Assembly (NCBI GenBank): GCA_964035545.1
Contig: OZ037768.1
Span: 20,319,700 to 20,383,699, forward strand
DNA length: 64,000 nucleotides
Origin: Bugula neritina
Lineage: Eukaryota; Animalia; Bryozoa
Reading direction: 5' to 3'
A program made the position numbers and the translations under genes. Shown piece by piece: positions 38,301 through 51,200 of the stretch; position 1 is the first letter of the stretch, and each line of letters opens with the position of its first letter. The notes under the pieces are model-generated. The model saw only the letters and a program-made list of their open reading frames with translations. It was not told where the DNA came from and made no database searches.

Positions 38301-41300
38301 TATTGTATCTGTAGCTTGTAAGAAATAATTGTTGAAGTTTTAACCGCAGTTTGTTAAAATATGAGAGCAGCTAGAGAAAAGAAGAAAAGAATATATCCCC
38401 ACATGATGTAAACCTACTATAAATATATTTCAAATAGTAAAGCCTAAAAACTTCAGAGCCAACCAACATGGTGTTGTTGCTGCACACAAAACAGCTTAAT
38501 TTATACACAAACCATCATTCTAATTCCCAAAATCATAATCAGGTTAGCTAACTCATCGAAGAATTGAAAGAGTATCCTTTCAACTCAAAAATTATACAAA
38601 TATATTCCAAATATCTTTTGGGTTGTCATTTCAACAAAGCAAAAACTTAAAATTCTACAAGGATTATTATAGTTTTAAGCTAAAAAGTTGGGTGTAAAGT
38701 TACGTTTATACCTCTGTTGAATCGTGAAGGTATAAAGGCAACTTAAGAGTTTTGAAATGTGTTAGCAAACTTTCATTAAAGCTATTTATGTTTAACTATG
38801 CAACTTTATTATTTATTGGTATATATTGGTATATATTCTAGGCTTGTGCAGGGCTCCCAGAACTTATTTCAAATTATAGACGTTTTTACACTAATTATAA
38901 TCAGATGCACATTTTAGAATTAGACTTTGTCCACATTTTGAGTGTAGCATAGATTGTAACTTTTACCTCAATCTAGAATTGTGATTAAAAGCATATATTG
39001 CTTAAGTATGAGTTTAATAAATACAATTTTTATTCACTTTGCTATGCTTGGTGCTGTAATCTGATAGAAAACTAATAATTTTGTTGAGGTATGCCATTAC
39101 TGGCTTTAGAAATAAAATAGGCACTGAGTTAGTAGGCTACATATAGTTATCTATTTTTGTGAGAATGGGTGCACTAAAGCAACCATTAAAACATTTTAAA
39201 TAATATTGCTACTGAAACCATTACCATGTGTAAGACTTATCAGCAACATGAGATCATTGTTAATCCATTGGTTAAATTCTCAGCCAATTACAAGGCATCA
39301 TTAAACAATACTGCGTTATAATACTTTAGTAATTTAACAGGGTTATAGATATTTTAATTAGAATCATAATAATATTATAAATGCATAATAATAATATATA
39401 CTACTCACTCTAGAGATTATAGGTCACCCTTCTTGCTGTTTCACTTTCAATAAAGGCAGCGTGCTATAAGGCAATGTGAATGTGAAACTACGGTCACCTT
39501 TCAATCTGCTTGATGATTGGTTGATGCTTTGATGGGGGAAAACGTGTTGAAGTCGCCTACTACTCAACTACTTGTTGATTGCGAGCAATTGACAATGAGC
39601 AAAATCAAAATATGATAAGGATATTAAAATAGCTGACAAGTGAGGTAGGTGGGACTACGATTTAGTCCATTTTGATTGATCACCTTACTGATAGTGATAA
39701 ATATTTGTTGTTGGTATCGTAGTGATAGTAAGGGTTTATAGGGGAAAGTCACTGCATCAGTTTCAGTGTGCATTCAGATTCAGGTTGACACGGTCAGGGT
39801 CTCTCTTACTCTTGCACCAACAGTTGCAAGTTTCAATGCTTCTATAAATATTATATAAACATAACAAAAAATAGACGCTATAAGAGTATATAAGACTCAC
39901 GCCGAACTTTGCTCTTCAGATTTAATCTCATTGTCATTGCTATTGGACGATTTGTGAATGCCATTGGCATTGGACTTAGAGTTAGATTCAGTCTATTAGT
40001 AGTAACATTACACTTTACAGCGCTACTACTACTATTACTTTCGCTAGTATTAGTATTACTACTAGCATAGTAATTCAGCGAAATTGAAAGTGGCTGGAGC
40101 CACCACAAACTACCAAATAACTTAAACTTAAAGGATATTGTCCGTTGTTAATAATACGACAGTATTAAAAGACTATATCTGATTTTAATTTCACGCTGTA
40201 TTAATCTTGGAAGATTTAGATTTAGGCTGACCGTAGTAATACTAATTGCTAATAGTAATACCCACGACCTAGCACTTACAGTTTTCTTTACTTGGTCAAC
40301 AGCCTTATCTGAGTATTTAAAACTGCTGCATCCTGATGACAATGACATTGTCTAGCGCTGAAAAGTTATCTAGTACATGCCCTTGGAGATTTCCTCCCGT
40401 TTCTGAAGATCTAATGCAGAGTTACTCTACAGCATATCCCAGTAACAACAATAACTTAGGAGCTGTAAATTCTCATTCTGCTAAAGTTGAACACGAAGCT
40501 TTATTATTTTCCCTTTCACTTGAGGAGGCAGTAGAGGGTGAGTTGAATTCACAACGACAATATAACTGTAACTTTTGAAAATGATAGCTAGGCTATATTG
40601 ATATTTAATATACTTTGCCATTGGCATTTGAAAGTTGTAGTATTTTATTTCTAACAAGTTGCTTTAACTAGGTGGTCATAAAAAATCATGTTATACTTTG
40701 AATACTGCCAAGATCACTACTTTATAGATTCCTTAGAATGATTTTGAAATGTTGCAATTTCGATTGTAACGTACATACCTACATTTGTAATAACCAAAGA
40801 ATGTTGTATCACTGTTAGACTTTAGTACTTTTAGTGGCTCCAAGTGCAATTAATTATAATCCTCAGAATATTTTTCAGCAGTTGCTTTATTTTTGATATC
40901 AAGTTTTGGTGCCTCTTGGTACTAGTCTACCATACTATAGTGCCAGCATTGTGCTGTCACAACAGAAAACTAACATTAAACCAGGTTCTTTTCTAAAACT
41001 TTTACTCTTGAGTTTTCTTTGAGTTTGTGGGCCAAATCCAAGCTATACTTCCTTGTGTTGACTCAAATAATATGCTTTTTCAGTAGAATGGTCGAAATAA
41101 AAGTGGGTTAATCTATCCAATATGGTAGAAAAATATCCAAAAATTTTGTTAGTTTTTTTACTAAATCTTAGAGTTTTCCTTTTAGTTTATGATTTACCAG
41201 CTAAAAATTCTGTTTATTGTCTAAGCTTATATAGTTCCTAAACATAGGGATATTTATTAATCTATATTTTTAAAATTTTAAAACTATCCCAAAGTTCAAT

Positions 41301-43513
41301 TAAGATTGTAACTTTCTGTCCAAAACTGGATCCTGTTCTATATACTTGTGAAGTTGGTTAAGAATTAAAAAAAACTTCTGCTTTGCCAAGGTTTGTAAAT
41401 ATTGGCTTAAAACTTGAATTTGATGCAACTGTCTTGAGCAAACACATTTTTGAACTAAATTTACCTGTTGAAATTAAACTGCATGAAAAAGTGGCTATCT
41501 TTTTACATGCTTCCAGTTGGATATTTTCACATTTTTAGAATATTTCTAATTTTAAAATGCATGTTTTGACATGATAGCCACCTTTATAGCCTTGTTGATG
41601 AGCTATAAACAATTTTACAACCTATATTATTTAAAGCATAACATTCTTTATCTCTCTTCAAACATACTTATAGAAAGCCAACTTTTGGTTGGCTTTGTTG
41701 ACTAGCAAGGGACTGACACAAGCGTGTTCAGCAAATAGTTTCACTCTGAAACTATAATCAAGGAGAAAAATTGGAATCTTTTTCTAACTAAACTGCTGGT
41801 TTCTATTTAATCCAAATGTAAACCCAACATAATATACCAAAATCTGGTCCACTGTTCTTAATTTGCTAAAACAAAGAACAAAGCTCTACCTATTGTATAT
41901 TAACTATATCCTATTAGCAAAACTACCCATCATCTAAAGTCTAAACTTAAGACTGCACACTACAGATTAGTAGTAATAGTTCATCAACTGTAAACTCTTG
42001 TGATATAAGTTTTAGCAACCCCAGTCATTAAGTAGTTGCAAGTATTTTACTCAAGTTTCTGGGGGTTTTCACTGCTAAGAACTTAGTTCCTAGTGAAACT
42101 ACCATGCAACTTGATTATCAGTTAATAAAACTCTCGTCTTGTAGCGATTGCATAATAGGTGCTACCTGTTATGTCCAGCCAATTTTCCTGGAATTTCACC
42201 AAAAAAAATGTTGATGGGAGATAAATTATATGGTTGAGACTGTTGTAGCTGTTAGATAAACTGTCAGAGTACTGTGGTTTCAAACAAATTGGCAGAGGGA
42301 CATCATAAATAAACATTTCAAAATGCACACTCAGCTTCTACTGAGAGAGATTCTGCACGCTGAGTCTGATATTCAACACCTATGCTGGCATCCTGCATAG
42401 ATATGTTTTGAATAGATTGCCTAGGGACCAAGTTCTTGCTCAACTCTCATTGTCAACTTCAGTATGCCATCACTCAGTCACTGTTTAGCCAATAAATCAT
42501 ATGATTAGCGTTATAGCTTCACTGTTTGCAACGGACATGAGAGGCGCTCGTCATAAACTATCTCATAGTGAAAGAGGTAGCTAGTTATTCTCGTCGCGTT
42601 ATGGAGTGTTTGCCATCATATCTGCTCAGTAAATGTAGAGCTTTTACTTCTTGTCGCTTCTAGCTGTTCGGTATATTTCTTGGTCAACAAATAGGGGCGT
42701 TTACTGAAAGGTAATTTATACAAGTTTCTCTTCATTTATTGCTAGTTGTAAGGTTATACCAAGCTAGTAGGTCAGCTGTTAATTTAGTGACTTTCCTAAT
42801 AAACTCGGGCTATCATGTTTCAGTTTTAGTGTTTATAGCCAGTTTTCAACACTGGGCTACACAGCTACATTCTCTCTAGTTGTTAACTCAATAATTATGA
42901 CAGCAGAATATGATAGCAAGTAGCTTCAAGGCTTTGATTAGCATAACTTAATTGCACTGTCAAGAAATTGCTAAATTGCACATTGTCCGGGTAGACATAT
43001 TGCCACAGTGAGATTATTTTTTTATCTATGAACATCTGGCATCTAAAAAGATGGTATATCTAGTGCAAGATAACAACATGCTATAGTAGTAAACAGCTCA
43101 TATGAATGGCAATGTCTATACTGCATATATTGAAAATCTTAGGCAATATGAATTAATAGCCACCACCACATTGTACTAATTCACATTGCATGTATGTGGT
43201 ATTCATCTCTCTGTATAATATATAGTGTTAGTGTGGTCATTTATTTTTATTATAAGCTCATGATCTTATAATGTTAAATAGATTAATAGATTTATTCTAA
43301 ATGTGTTGGTAACAGTTGAGGGAGTTGAAGGAATATTTGGCATGAATTATGAAAATATATGAAAACCAGACTTTCTGTCTGCATGACGCCATTTGTATAG
43401 TGCAGAGTTTAACGACAGAGGGAGGGAGTCCGTGATTGCTGCCAGTGTTTGTCGCTGTCAGTGATGACAGATATTCTCATGGTGTTTTAGGTAAGGCAGA
43501 CAGGTCAGCCGAC

Positions 43514-46500
43514 ATGGGAAACATCAGTTCTGGGAAAACAAAGGATCACAAGCCCCCTACACCCTGCTACCCCCTTACCTCTGACAAGAAGAGTGTACAG
43601 CACAAGAACGATCTCAACTCCAAGCAGCCCTCTCAGCCTACCCACCACACACCCACTTATATTGACACTAAGAACGGCAGCATTCAGTCAGTCAAGCCCG
43701 TCAGCGACAAGTTACCTGGCGTCAGCGTACAGAAGATGGTTGCTGACTCTCCCACTCAGGTCCCCGGTGACCAGTCCAAGAGTTCTCCTCAGGGAGTCAG
43801 CATAGATGGCGTGAAGCTGACTTTAGACGTGAACAATAGTCGACCATCCAGTAGGTCCAACACTCCTCTCCAGCCCAGAAAGAATGGCTCGAATGGTTCC
43901 TATTTGGCCCAGTCCCATACTGAGCACAAGGGCTCTAGCAGTAGTCTCAAGGACTCCCAAGCTAAAGATATTATGATCAGTTACAGTCATCTGGATAAAG
44001 AGATTATGTTGAAGCTCAAAGGTTTGGCTCTACTACACAATTTATATTCTAGAATCTAAAATCTGGATAGTAAGACTTAAACATCTTATTCTGCCCACCC
44101 AGTGTTACTGAGAACTGCTCTCAGGAGAATTGTTGTATAGAATTTGTGTGAGCATTGAATAAAATTGACTAGTCTAACTGCTACTAATATTTCACTTGAA
44201 TTGCTATAATGTAGCCTAGCTTATTGATTAGTAACATGTAACACTCGGTGCCGCACAACTCAATTATCACTCGCTGCTGCAGTATACTTGTACTCCTTAC
44301 TTTTACTTCCAATGATGGATATACTCCATTTAAACATTCATCATTTTGATATATGGCACTGTGCCACTTTGGCACTGTTTAGTTTAGGCTTACCTGTTAA
44401 CCAGTTGTCACAAATCACCTATTGTCAGTCTACTTGAGTCAGGGCAGTAGAATTTCACAAAACTTGCAGTAACTCGATCCTTATTTCTTCCAAAACTAAG
44501 CAGGTGTTCTAAAAATGCTCTCTTTCTAATAGTTTACATGTGATTGTTGCAGATGCACTGGAACATCACAACATATCTGTTTGGGTGGACGTGGTCGGCC
44601 TCAATGCTGGTGTTAACTTTCTCAACAAAATAGGCCAAGCTATCATTGACTCAAAGGTAGGTACACAGGCTATCATTAACTCAAAGGTGGGTACACAGGC
44701 TATCATTAACTCAAAGGTGGGTACACAGGCTATCATTGACTCAAAGGTAGGTGCACAGACTATCATTGACTCAAAGGTAGGTACACAGGCTATCATTGAC
44801 TCAAAGGTAGGTACACAGGGTATCATTGACTCAAAGGTGGGTACACAGGCTATCATTAACTCAAAGGTGGGTACACAGGCTATCATTAACTCAAAGGTGG
44901 GTACACAGGCTATCATTAACTCAAAGGTGGGTACACAGGGTATCATTGACTCAAAGGTAGGGATCGTTCTATAAGCAGCTCAGTGTTAGAGTCTGGGGGT
45001 TTAAGTTGGAACTTGGAGCCCCCAACTCCAAACTTGATAGTCCAAACTATTGCACTCAGTTATCCCCAACTCAGAGCTGCTCATATAATAATTCCAAAGG
45101 TGAAAGTTGTAGGTGATGATGGAGCAAATAGTATCACTACAGAATAAGTTTAGCAGATTAGCCCTAAACTAAGTTGTTCTGGTAGCGTAGTAGATAATCT
45201 AAAAGAGTTGGTGATGCAAGAGTTCAAACCCCACTCTCAGCATGTTATTTTCAGTATATATCATGTAGCAAAGGGTAATATCTAAGGAAACAGCTAACTG
45301 CAGCACACCAGTTAGGGCAGCTGGAGTCTATACTGGCTTATTTATTCCTGTACTCTTCACGGAGTCGATGGAAAGGTTATTAGTGCTGAAGGGAAGGTGT
45401 GCTATTCTTGGCACTAAATTAGCTCTTAAAATACACTGGTTGTGAACAAACAATACGTAAATATGAAGACATTAGAGCAGTGGACATTGTTACTATTGTA
45501 TTGGCTCAATTACCTTCTGAATTGAATTCGGAAAGAAGGAGTTCCGTTTGTCAAATGACTCATAATGTTTACATATGATAATTGTGTCACATGGTGATAG
45601 ATAGGGATTAGAAGCCCCCCCCCACATCAGATGATCTTCTGCTATCAATTTTCAGGCACCAGCTCTATATAGAGTATAGTGGGTTTCAACAATGAATTAA
45701 CATCTTCAATGAATATTATGAGATTGCATTTAATTTATACCTGTCGGCCATATTAAAAGCATTGCAAAATTTTAGTAAAAAGTATTAAGTGTTTCTTGTT
45801 CCACCACTCATATTGGGTTTTCGAAATAGGTGTGGCCAACACCCACTCCAACCCAAGTAGTATATATCTAGTATAAGAAATAGGGCAATGTCAAGGAGTC
45901 TTGGATAACATATGCCAGGCTTGGCTAAGATAAATTGGAATTCTTTAAACATTTTTTGTTTTTGAAAATGTGATGCAGTGAAATCAAATTGTCATCTAGA
46001 TTCTATTAACACGACATCATAGCTTACTTAGAGCAGTAAAACATTTCCACAGCCTATAATATTATGTAACTCAAGTTAGCAGTGTTATTAGAACAAACAT
46101 TCTACAGCAGATAATGATCTTATCTGCCATTGAACAATACTTAATATCAGAAAGTAAAACTTTAGTTAACCTAGCATTACTCTACTCTTTCATCATGGTT
46201 GTGCAACATGTCCTATAATATCCTTTAATATAATATAATGCAGCCATTATTGCATGTAGGCCATAATTATTTCTCCATGCTTAGTTAAGAGTTCAAACTT
46301 TGACAATCTCAAAAAGTGCCTTGTTTCAACAATTAGTTGTGATTCCACATTCAGTTTGGGCAACACACCAACCCCAACCAAAAGACACCATCCAATATGT
46401 GAAATTAAGCAACTCGAAATGTCTGTTTTACAAAATGTATCTTGTGTTTCTTGGAAATAAGATAATGTTGTTAGGGTGAACCACAAACCCCCTTCCGCAA

Positions 46501-49500
46501 AAGTTGGAGTTCAACAACATAGCACCTAAATTACACAACTAAGTTATCTCAGTGGCGTTGGTGACTTTTCAAATAGATCATTCAGTTTGAGGCATTCCTA
46601 AGAGATGATTCAGAGGGTGCTATCGCCCATTTCCTTTTGCAACATCTTTGGAAACTAGCATACACGCGTAGCCATATTACACTGTATACGTGAGTTGTAG
46701 GGTAGTTCACTTGATGAAACAGCAGCAAAAAGAAACTTGGTGATGCAGACCTTGTGTGATGCAATGTTGCCCAATAAATGACCCAGTAACCTGCCATCCA
46801 TGGTGAAGAGTGTGTAATGATTTGTGTACAGTTTTGGTGGGGGTTGATTGACCCCATTTAGTAGGACAATATTTCATATTTATGTATGGTATTTTGGCAT
46901 TAAAGTTGGTCATATTTTCTGATGGGAGTCTGTAGCCTTGGCGACTCGTTTCCGGCAACTGAAGCATAATTATGTTAATTTGTGAAATCATTGTAGATGT
47001 TCATAACTTTGCTGACAGAAAGGACCGTAGCCTCCAAGTTCTGCCAAGATGAGTTGGCGCTGGCATATATTTCCAATAAACCCATATTTCCTGTTAGTCT
47101 ACAGCCTCAGTCTGAAATCTTTCCCAAAATTCCCACCGGAATGTGAGTATGGCACTGTTCTTACCCCCCCCCCCCCACCTGTGTCCTAGTAAAGTTTGTT
47201 TTTTTTTGTCAGGTGAACATTTAATCAACTAGTAAATAAAAGACTAAGTACCACCTTGAGACAGTCATCAATAGTTGAGGTTTCAAATATCATATACAAG
47301 GTTATTCATCTCTTCCATTACCTTTCTAGTAGCCCTTTCATTCACCAGTAAATAAACTGTTAAAATTTAGTTATTTGTTTATTGGGTTTGTTTGCCTACT
47401 GAATGAATCATATTTTACTAATTTCATATCCACATTTTTTCATCACATTTTCAGAGATTATAAATAAATTATAAAGCTCTTAGATGAAACATTCTATTGA
47501 CCTCGTGTCAAGTGGTAACACATAATTTTAGTTTGGGAGACATGCTAATTGAATCCTGACATGTAATCTTCAGCTAATAGTCTTAGCATTAAGTACCCAG
47601 CTATGACATAGTGTAGTATAAGTATCTTTTCAGGAATTCTCATCACAAATTTTGTTAGTTGCCACAGTTTTCTTTGAATAAGAAATCTTGAATACCTGTA
47701 TTGTGTAACGGTTTTGCTTTTATATTTAAATCTTTAGGGCTGTAAAACCTCTTTTTCACCAGTGCTCAACTTGTGATGTGAACTTTCACTGTGCAGGAAT
47801 CATTCTGGTGTTTTCATATAACAAATAATAATGTCAATTCTTCTTATTGTATTAGTTTACTGAGAAAGGTTACTATTCAACTGTTATCTCCAGTTTCATT
47901 GCCAGGTTTTAATGTCACAGTTAAAATGCATGTTTATATAACTTGGTTTCCATGTTACTCTGTAGCTCTGTAGTCCTACATGCCTCTAAGTAGGTTCAAA
48001 ACTTAAGCCTTTCTTTAATGACTCCAAAACACAAGCAAATTCTCTCTAGTTATCTATCAACGTAGTAGTGCTACTTTCATTAGAGGAAATGGTGATATTT
48101 GTGGAAGTTTGTGTAACTTATTCACTGATACTGCGTACCACTCGGTGTTGGTGGTAAGATGACGCAATCTCTTCTCTCACAGGAAGTTGCAGCTGGCCAG
48201 GTTCGAGTGGACTCAGATCTCAGTAGAGAATTTCAATGAAGACATACAAGTGTTGCTGAAGAAGCTGCAGGCATGTCTGGACGACATGAGATCAGAAGGC
48301 AAAGACGGTAAGTCGCTTGTACCAGTAACCGAGTCTCTCTGAAAGTTGTAACCCTTGGAACTGGTCACCTGTATGTTCCTAGTGTTTATCTAGAGCTTAA
48401 GATCTGGTCTTGTTGTTGTTTCCGTTGTGTTTTATCACAACTATGTTGCTCTGTGATTTCTCTTGATTTCGTAAACTCTGATTATCTCTATTTGTCAAAT
48501 TATAAAACTTCAGTGAGAATCAACTTGTTATACGGTTGCAGACGTACCGGATCTATCATCACCTCCAGCGGAGGACAAACTGCCTTTCAGGAAAACCCTG
48601 AAGAGGAAGGTGACCAGGCCCAAACTGTACCAGTACAATCGGTCACTCTCCAGGTGCAACTCCATTATTGAGCAGACAGAAGATATTGACGCCCAGGCCG
48701 AGTTTTGGGACAGAAACTTTGGAGATCTCAATGCTGTGCAGTTTGATAGGTGAGGCATTTGGCCCGACACAAATAGTCTTGTTTAGCTAGGTTCATGTGG
48801 CTACACTTTGCTCACATTGTTTGTGTGTAAGTGGATCTACTATAATCTTATACTAACAAGTCCAACTCTAAACATGTGTTTCTATCGTCACAGATACGGA
48901 AACTTAGTTGTTTCACTGCGATTTGACGTGGAGTAGCCTATATCTTTTTTAGTTTAAATTTGTGAGCCAGAAATCCGTTTAACTGCTTGGGCTGAAAAAA
49001 AAACAGATTCTCCCTCAATCTTGAGCGGAAAAATAATAGTCACAATGTAGCATATTTTGAACTGTGCTGTTTTTTTTGTAGTTTTGAAGCCTCTTTTACA
49101 AAAGATTACGAGCGTCAGCTGAACATGACTTATGCGCTGTCAGACAGGGAATGGTTTATTGATATCTTGAAGCGGGAGCTGGAAGTTGAGGAAGATGGAT
49201 TTATTCACAAAGAGAAGTATAAAGGTCAGTATATAATATGACTAAAGCCTCACTAGGACATAGGGTAGTAAATGAGGAAGTGATTGTTGATACAAGTTTT
49301 AGTGTGTGAGATTAGATTCAGCTGACATGATCAGTTAAGTCATAAATACATCATTTAACATTAAATGATATCTAAATTATGCCTTTATCAGTGTACTTCT
49401 GTCATCTTAGATTGTAAAGTGACTTTTTCAATTGTTCAAACACTTTACTTGACTGAAATTGACAATTTTCCTGTTTTCTAAAGACACAAAAATTACTAGG

Positions 49501-51200
49501 TGAATTTCAGTGCTTGGTGTTCAAGACAGTTACTAATATACAGAATAGGATTCAGATTTCATGCCGCTAAGGACCATGGCTAAGTTTTGAGTTTCTTGAG
49601 ATCAAACAAAGAGAACTCATTTATTATGCATAGTTTGATTAGGTTGACTAAATAGAATGTCAATTCTGATTAATTTATGTTGTCACCAAAGGCTTAACCA
49701 AATTAATTTTGCCTGCTCATATGTCTATTTAGGCTGTCAAAAACATTGTTGCATTGCAAGTATTAATTCCAGGAAAGTTGTTGTTGGCTGCAACTATGCA
49801 ACTTGCAGGTTATTTAAATATTTTGGTTAATAAGTGAACTTTGCCTAAAGCCACGTTGTCTGCTCTCACTGAGCTAGGACTGTCTCCCGCCTGATACCCT
49901 CACAGACACATTTTCAAGAGCTCATCGCTATTGCATGTTTTTGTTTCCATATCTTTAACCTGCGAGATTATTAAAATGCGGTAGTTAACCTCTGTCTGCT
50001 GTTGTGTAGAATTCATAACTGAAGAACTCGATGGCACCTTGAAGGAACAGCCCATACTCAAATGCGTCAATGATTTGGCTGTAGAAAACTACACAATGAA
50101 GGAAGTATTCAACATGGATTCTTCAGTTAGACTGGATGCTATTAATAACTTAGGTATGTGCTTTCAGTGAAAAGGTTTATTTCCATTTTCTACATTGTGC
50201 AAGCAAGTTAATGACTTTATCAACACTGATGATTCGATTCTATCAACACCATCATCTTATACAAACTAGACGTCTATTTCATGTGGACTCATTGCATTTA
50301 TTTACAGCAAAGTTTGGTAGTGTGGCAGTGGTAGAGGCTTTGTTAGACCTGCTAGACGACCAAGAGCATGATGTCAGAGCTACTGCTTGCATTTCATTGG
50401 CTAAATCGAAAGCTGGTGATCTGAGTATGAAGATAGATCGACTAATGAGATGTCTCCGAGATAGCGACCGCTTTGTTAGAGAAAGTGCGTGTGTTGCTCT
50501 CGGCTATTTGAGAGCAGAAGAAGCAGTTCCCGTGTTGCTTCAAATCTGGTAACTTTCCTTTTCTGACTCTGATAACAATATCAATTCTTTTTGATAAAAC
50601 AAATATTTTTTGCTGTAGCAGATAAAGTCTGCTCTAAATTAGCAATACTGTCGAATCTTCCTTCATATATGCACTAGTTGGAAGTCACTCACACATTATT
50701 GGTCTGATTCATTCTTATAAACTTTTGATCATGTTATTATCACGCCAGAACATTTGATATATTACAATTTAGTAATTAATTCATGTTTTACAGGAGAAAT
50801 GACTACATATCTAGTGTGAGAGATGCAGCAGAGTTGGCGCTAAAGCAAATTGGTGGCAGTGAAGTCAACAGAGCCATGGAAATGACCAATGTGCTTACAG
50901 CGGAGATTGGTGAACTTATCAAGGTTTGCTTTTATGCATAACATTAGAAATTCGCTCTCCGATAAATTGGCATTCTACTTCCTGTTTAAGCACCGCCACT
51001 TCCTGTTTACATATCATTACATATAAAATATTTCTTTATACATCTTTTAGGTGCTCACTGGTAAAGGAACTTCTCCTAAAAACCCTTTAAGATCAAAGAA
51101 TTGGACACCACTCAATGCTAACACTCTACCAGCCAACTTTGGTACTTCTACTGGTGCGATAAGTTTGATGTCAGCCCCCAACAGAAACACTATAGAATAG
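43514..51200 (+). CDS. Putatively myristoylated TIR / EF-hand-like / HEAT protein B (catalytic Glu present); exons 43514-44021, 44553-44656, 46997-47142, 48183-48307, 48542-48749, 49082-49224, 50010-50153, 50308-50548, 50794-50923, 51051-51200 (632 aa)
   Basis: Ten exons give a 1899-nt stop-free frame. MGNISSGK start; TIR_2 pattern DIMISYSHLD...SVWVD...LNAG...IGQAIIDSKMFITLLT...SKFCQDELALAY...KPIFPV (Glu 47051-47053); HEAT repeats LLDDQEHDVRATACISL, LRDSDRFVRESACVALG. Probable 5'UTR exon ending at 42710 (gaaag|gtaatt). Confidence 0.9.
44636..44962 (+). repeat. 30-bp tandem repeat containing the splice donor of gene B exon 44553-44656 (11 in-frame donors)
   Basis: Unit gctatcatt(g/a)actcaaag|gt(a/g)ggtacacag; translates (VGTQAIIDSK)n without stops. 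Confidence 0.95.
44961..45095. mobile_element. Short MITE abutting the 30-bp repeat array
   Basis: ggatcgttctataagcagctc ... gagctgctcatataataattcc; similar to 24161-24288. Confidence 0.65.

Noticed and set aside
39880-41950. Coding-like degenerate sequence between the TIR genes
   Set aside because: Stops in all frames examined and no motif I can assign; probably old transposon debris.
44540-44974. 144-aa ORF as a standalone repeat protein
   Set aside because: It is one TIR exon plus read-through into the amplified donor array.
46247-46991. Cluster of short minus-strand ORFs in a gene B intron
   Set aside because: No recognisable domain or consistent splice structure.
43514-51200. Bacterial contamination or recent horizontal transfer of TIR_2/HEAT genes, or SARM1 orthology
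   Set aside because: Many spliceosomal introns and host-like flanks; no SAM domains, and the TIR is N-terminal to the repeats, unlike SARM1.
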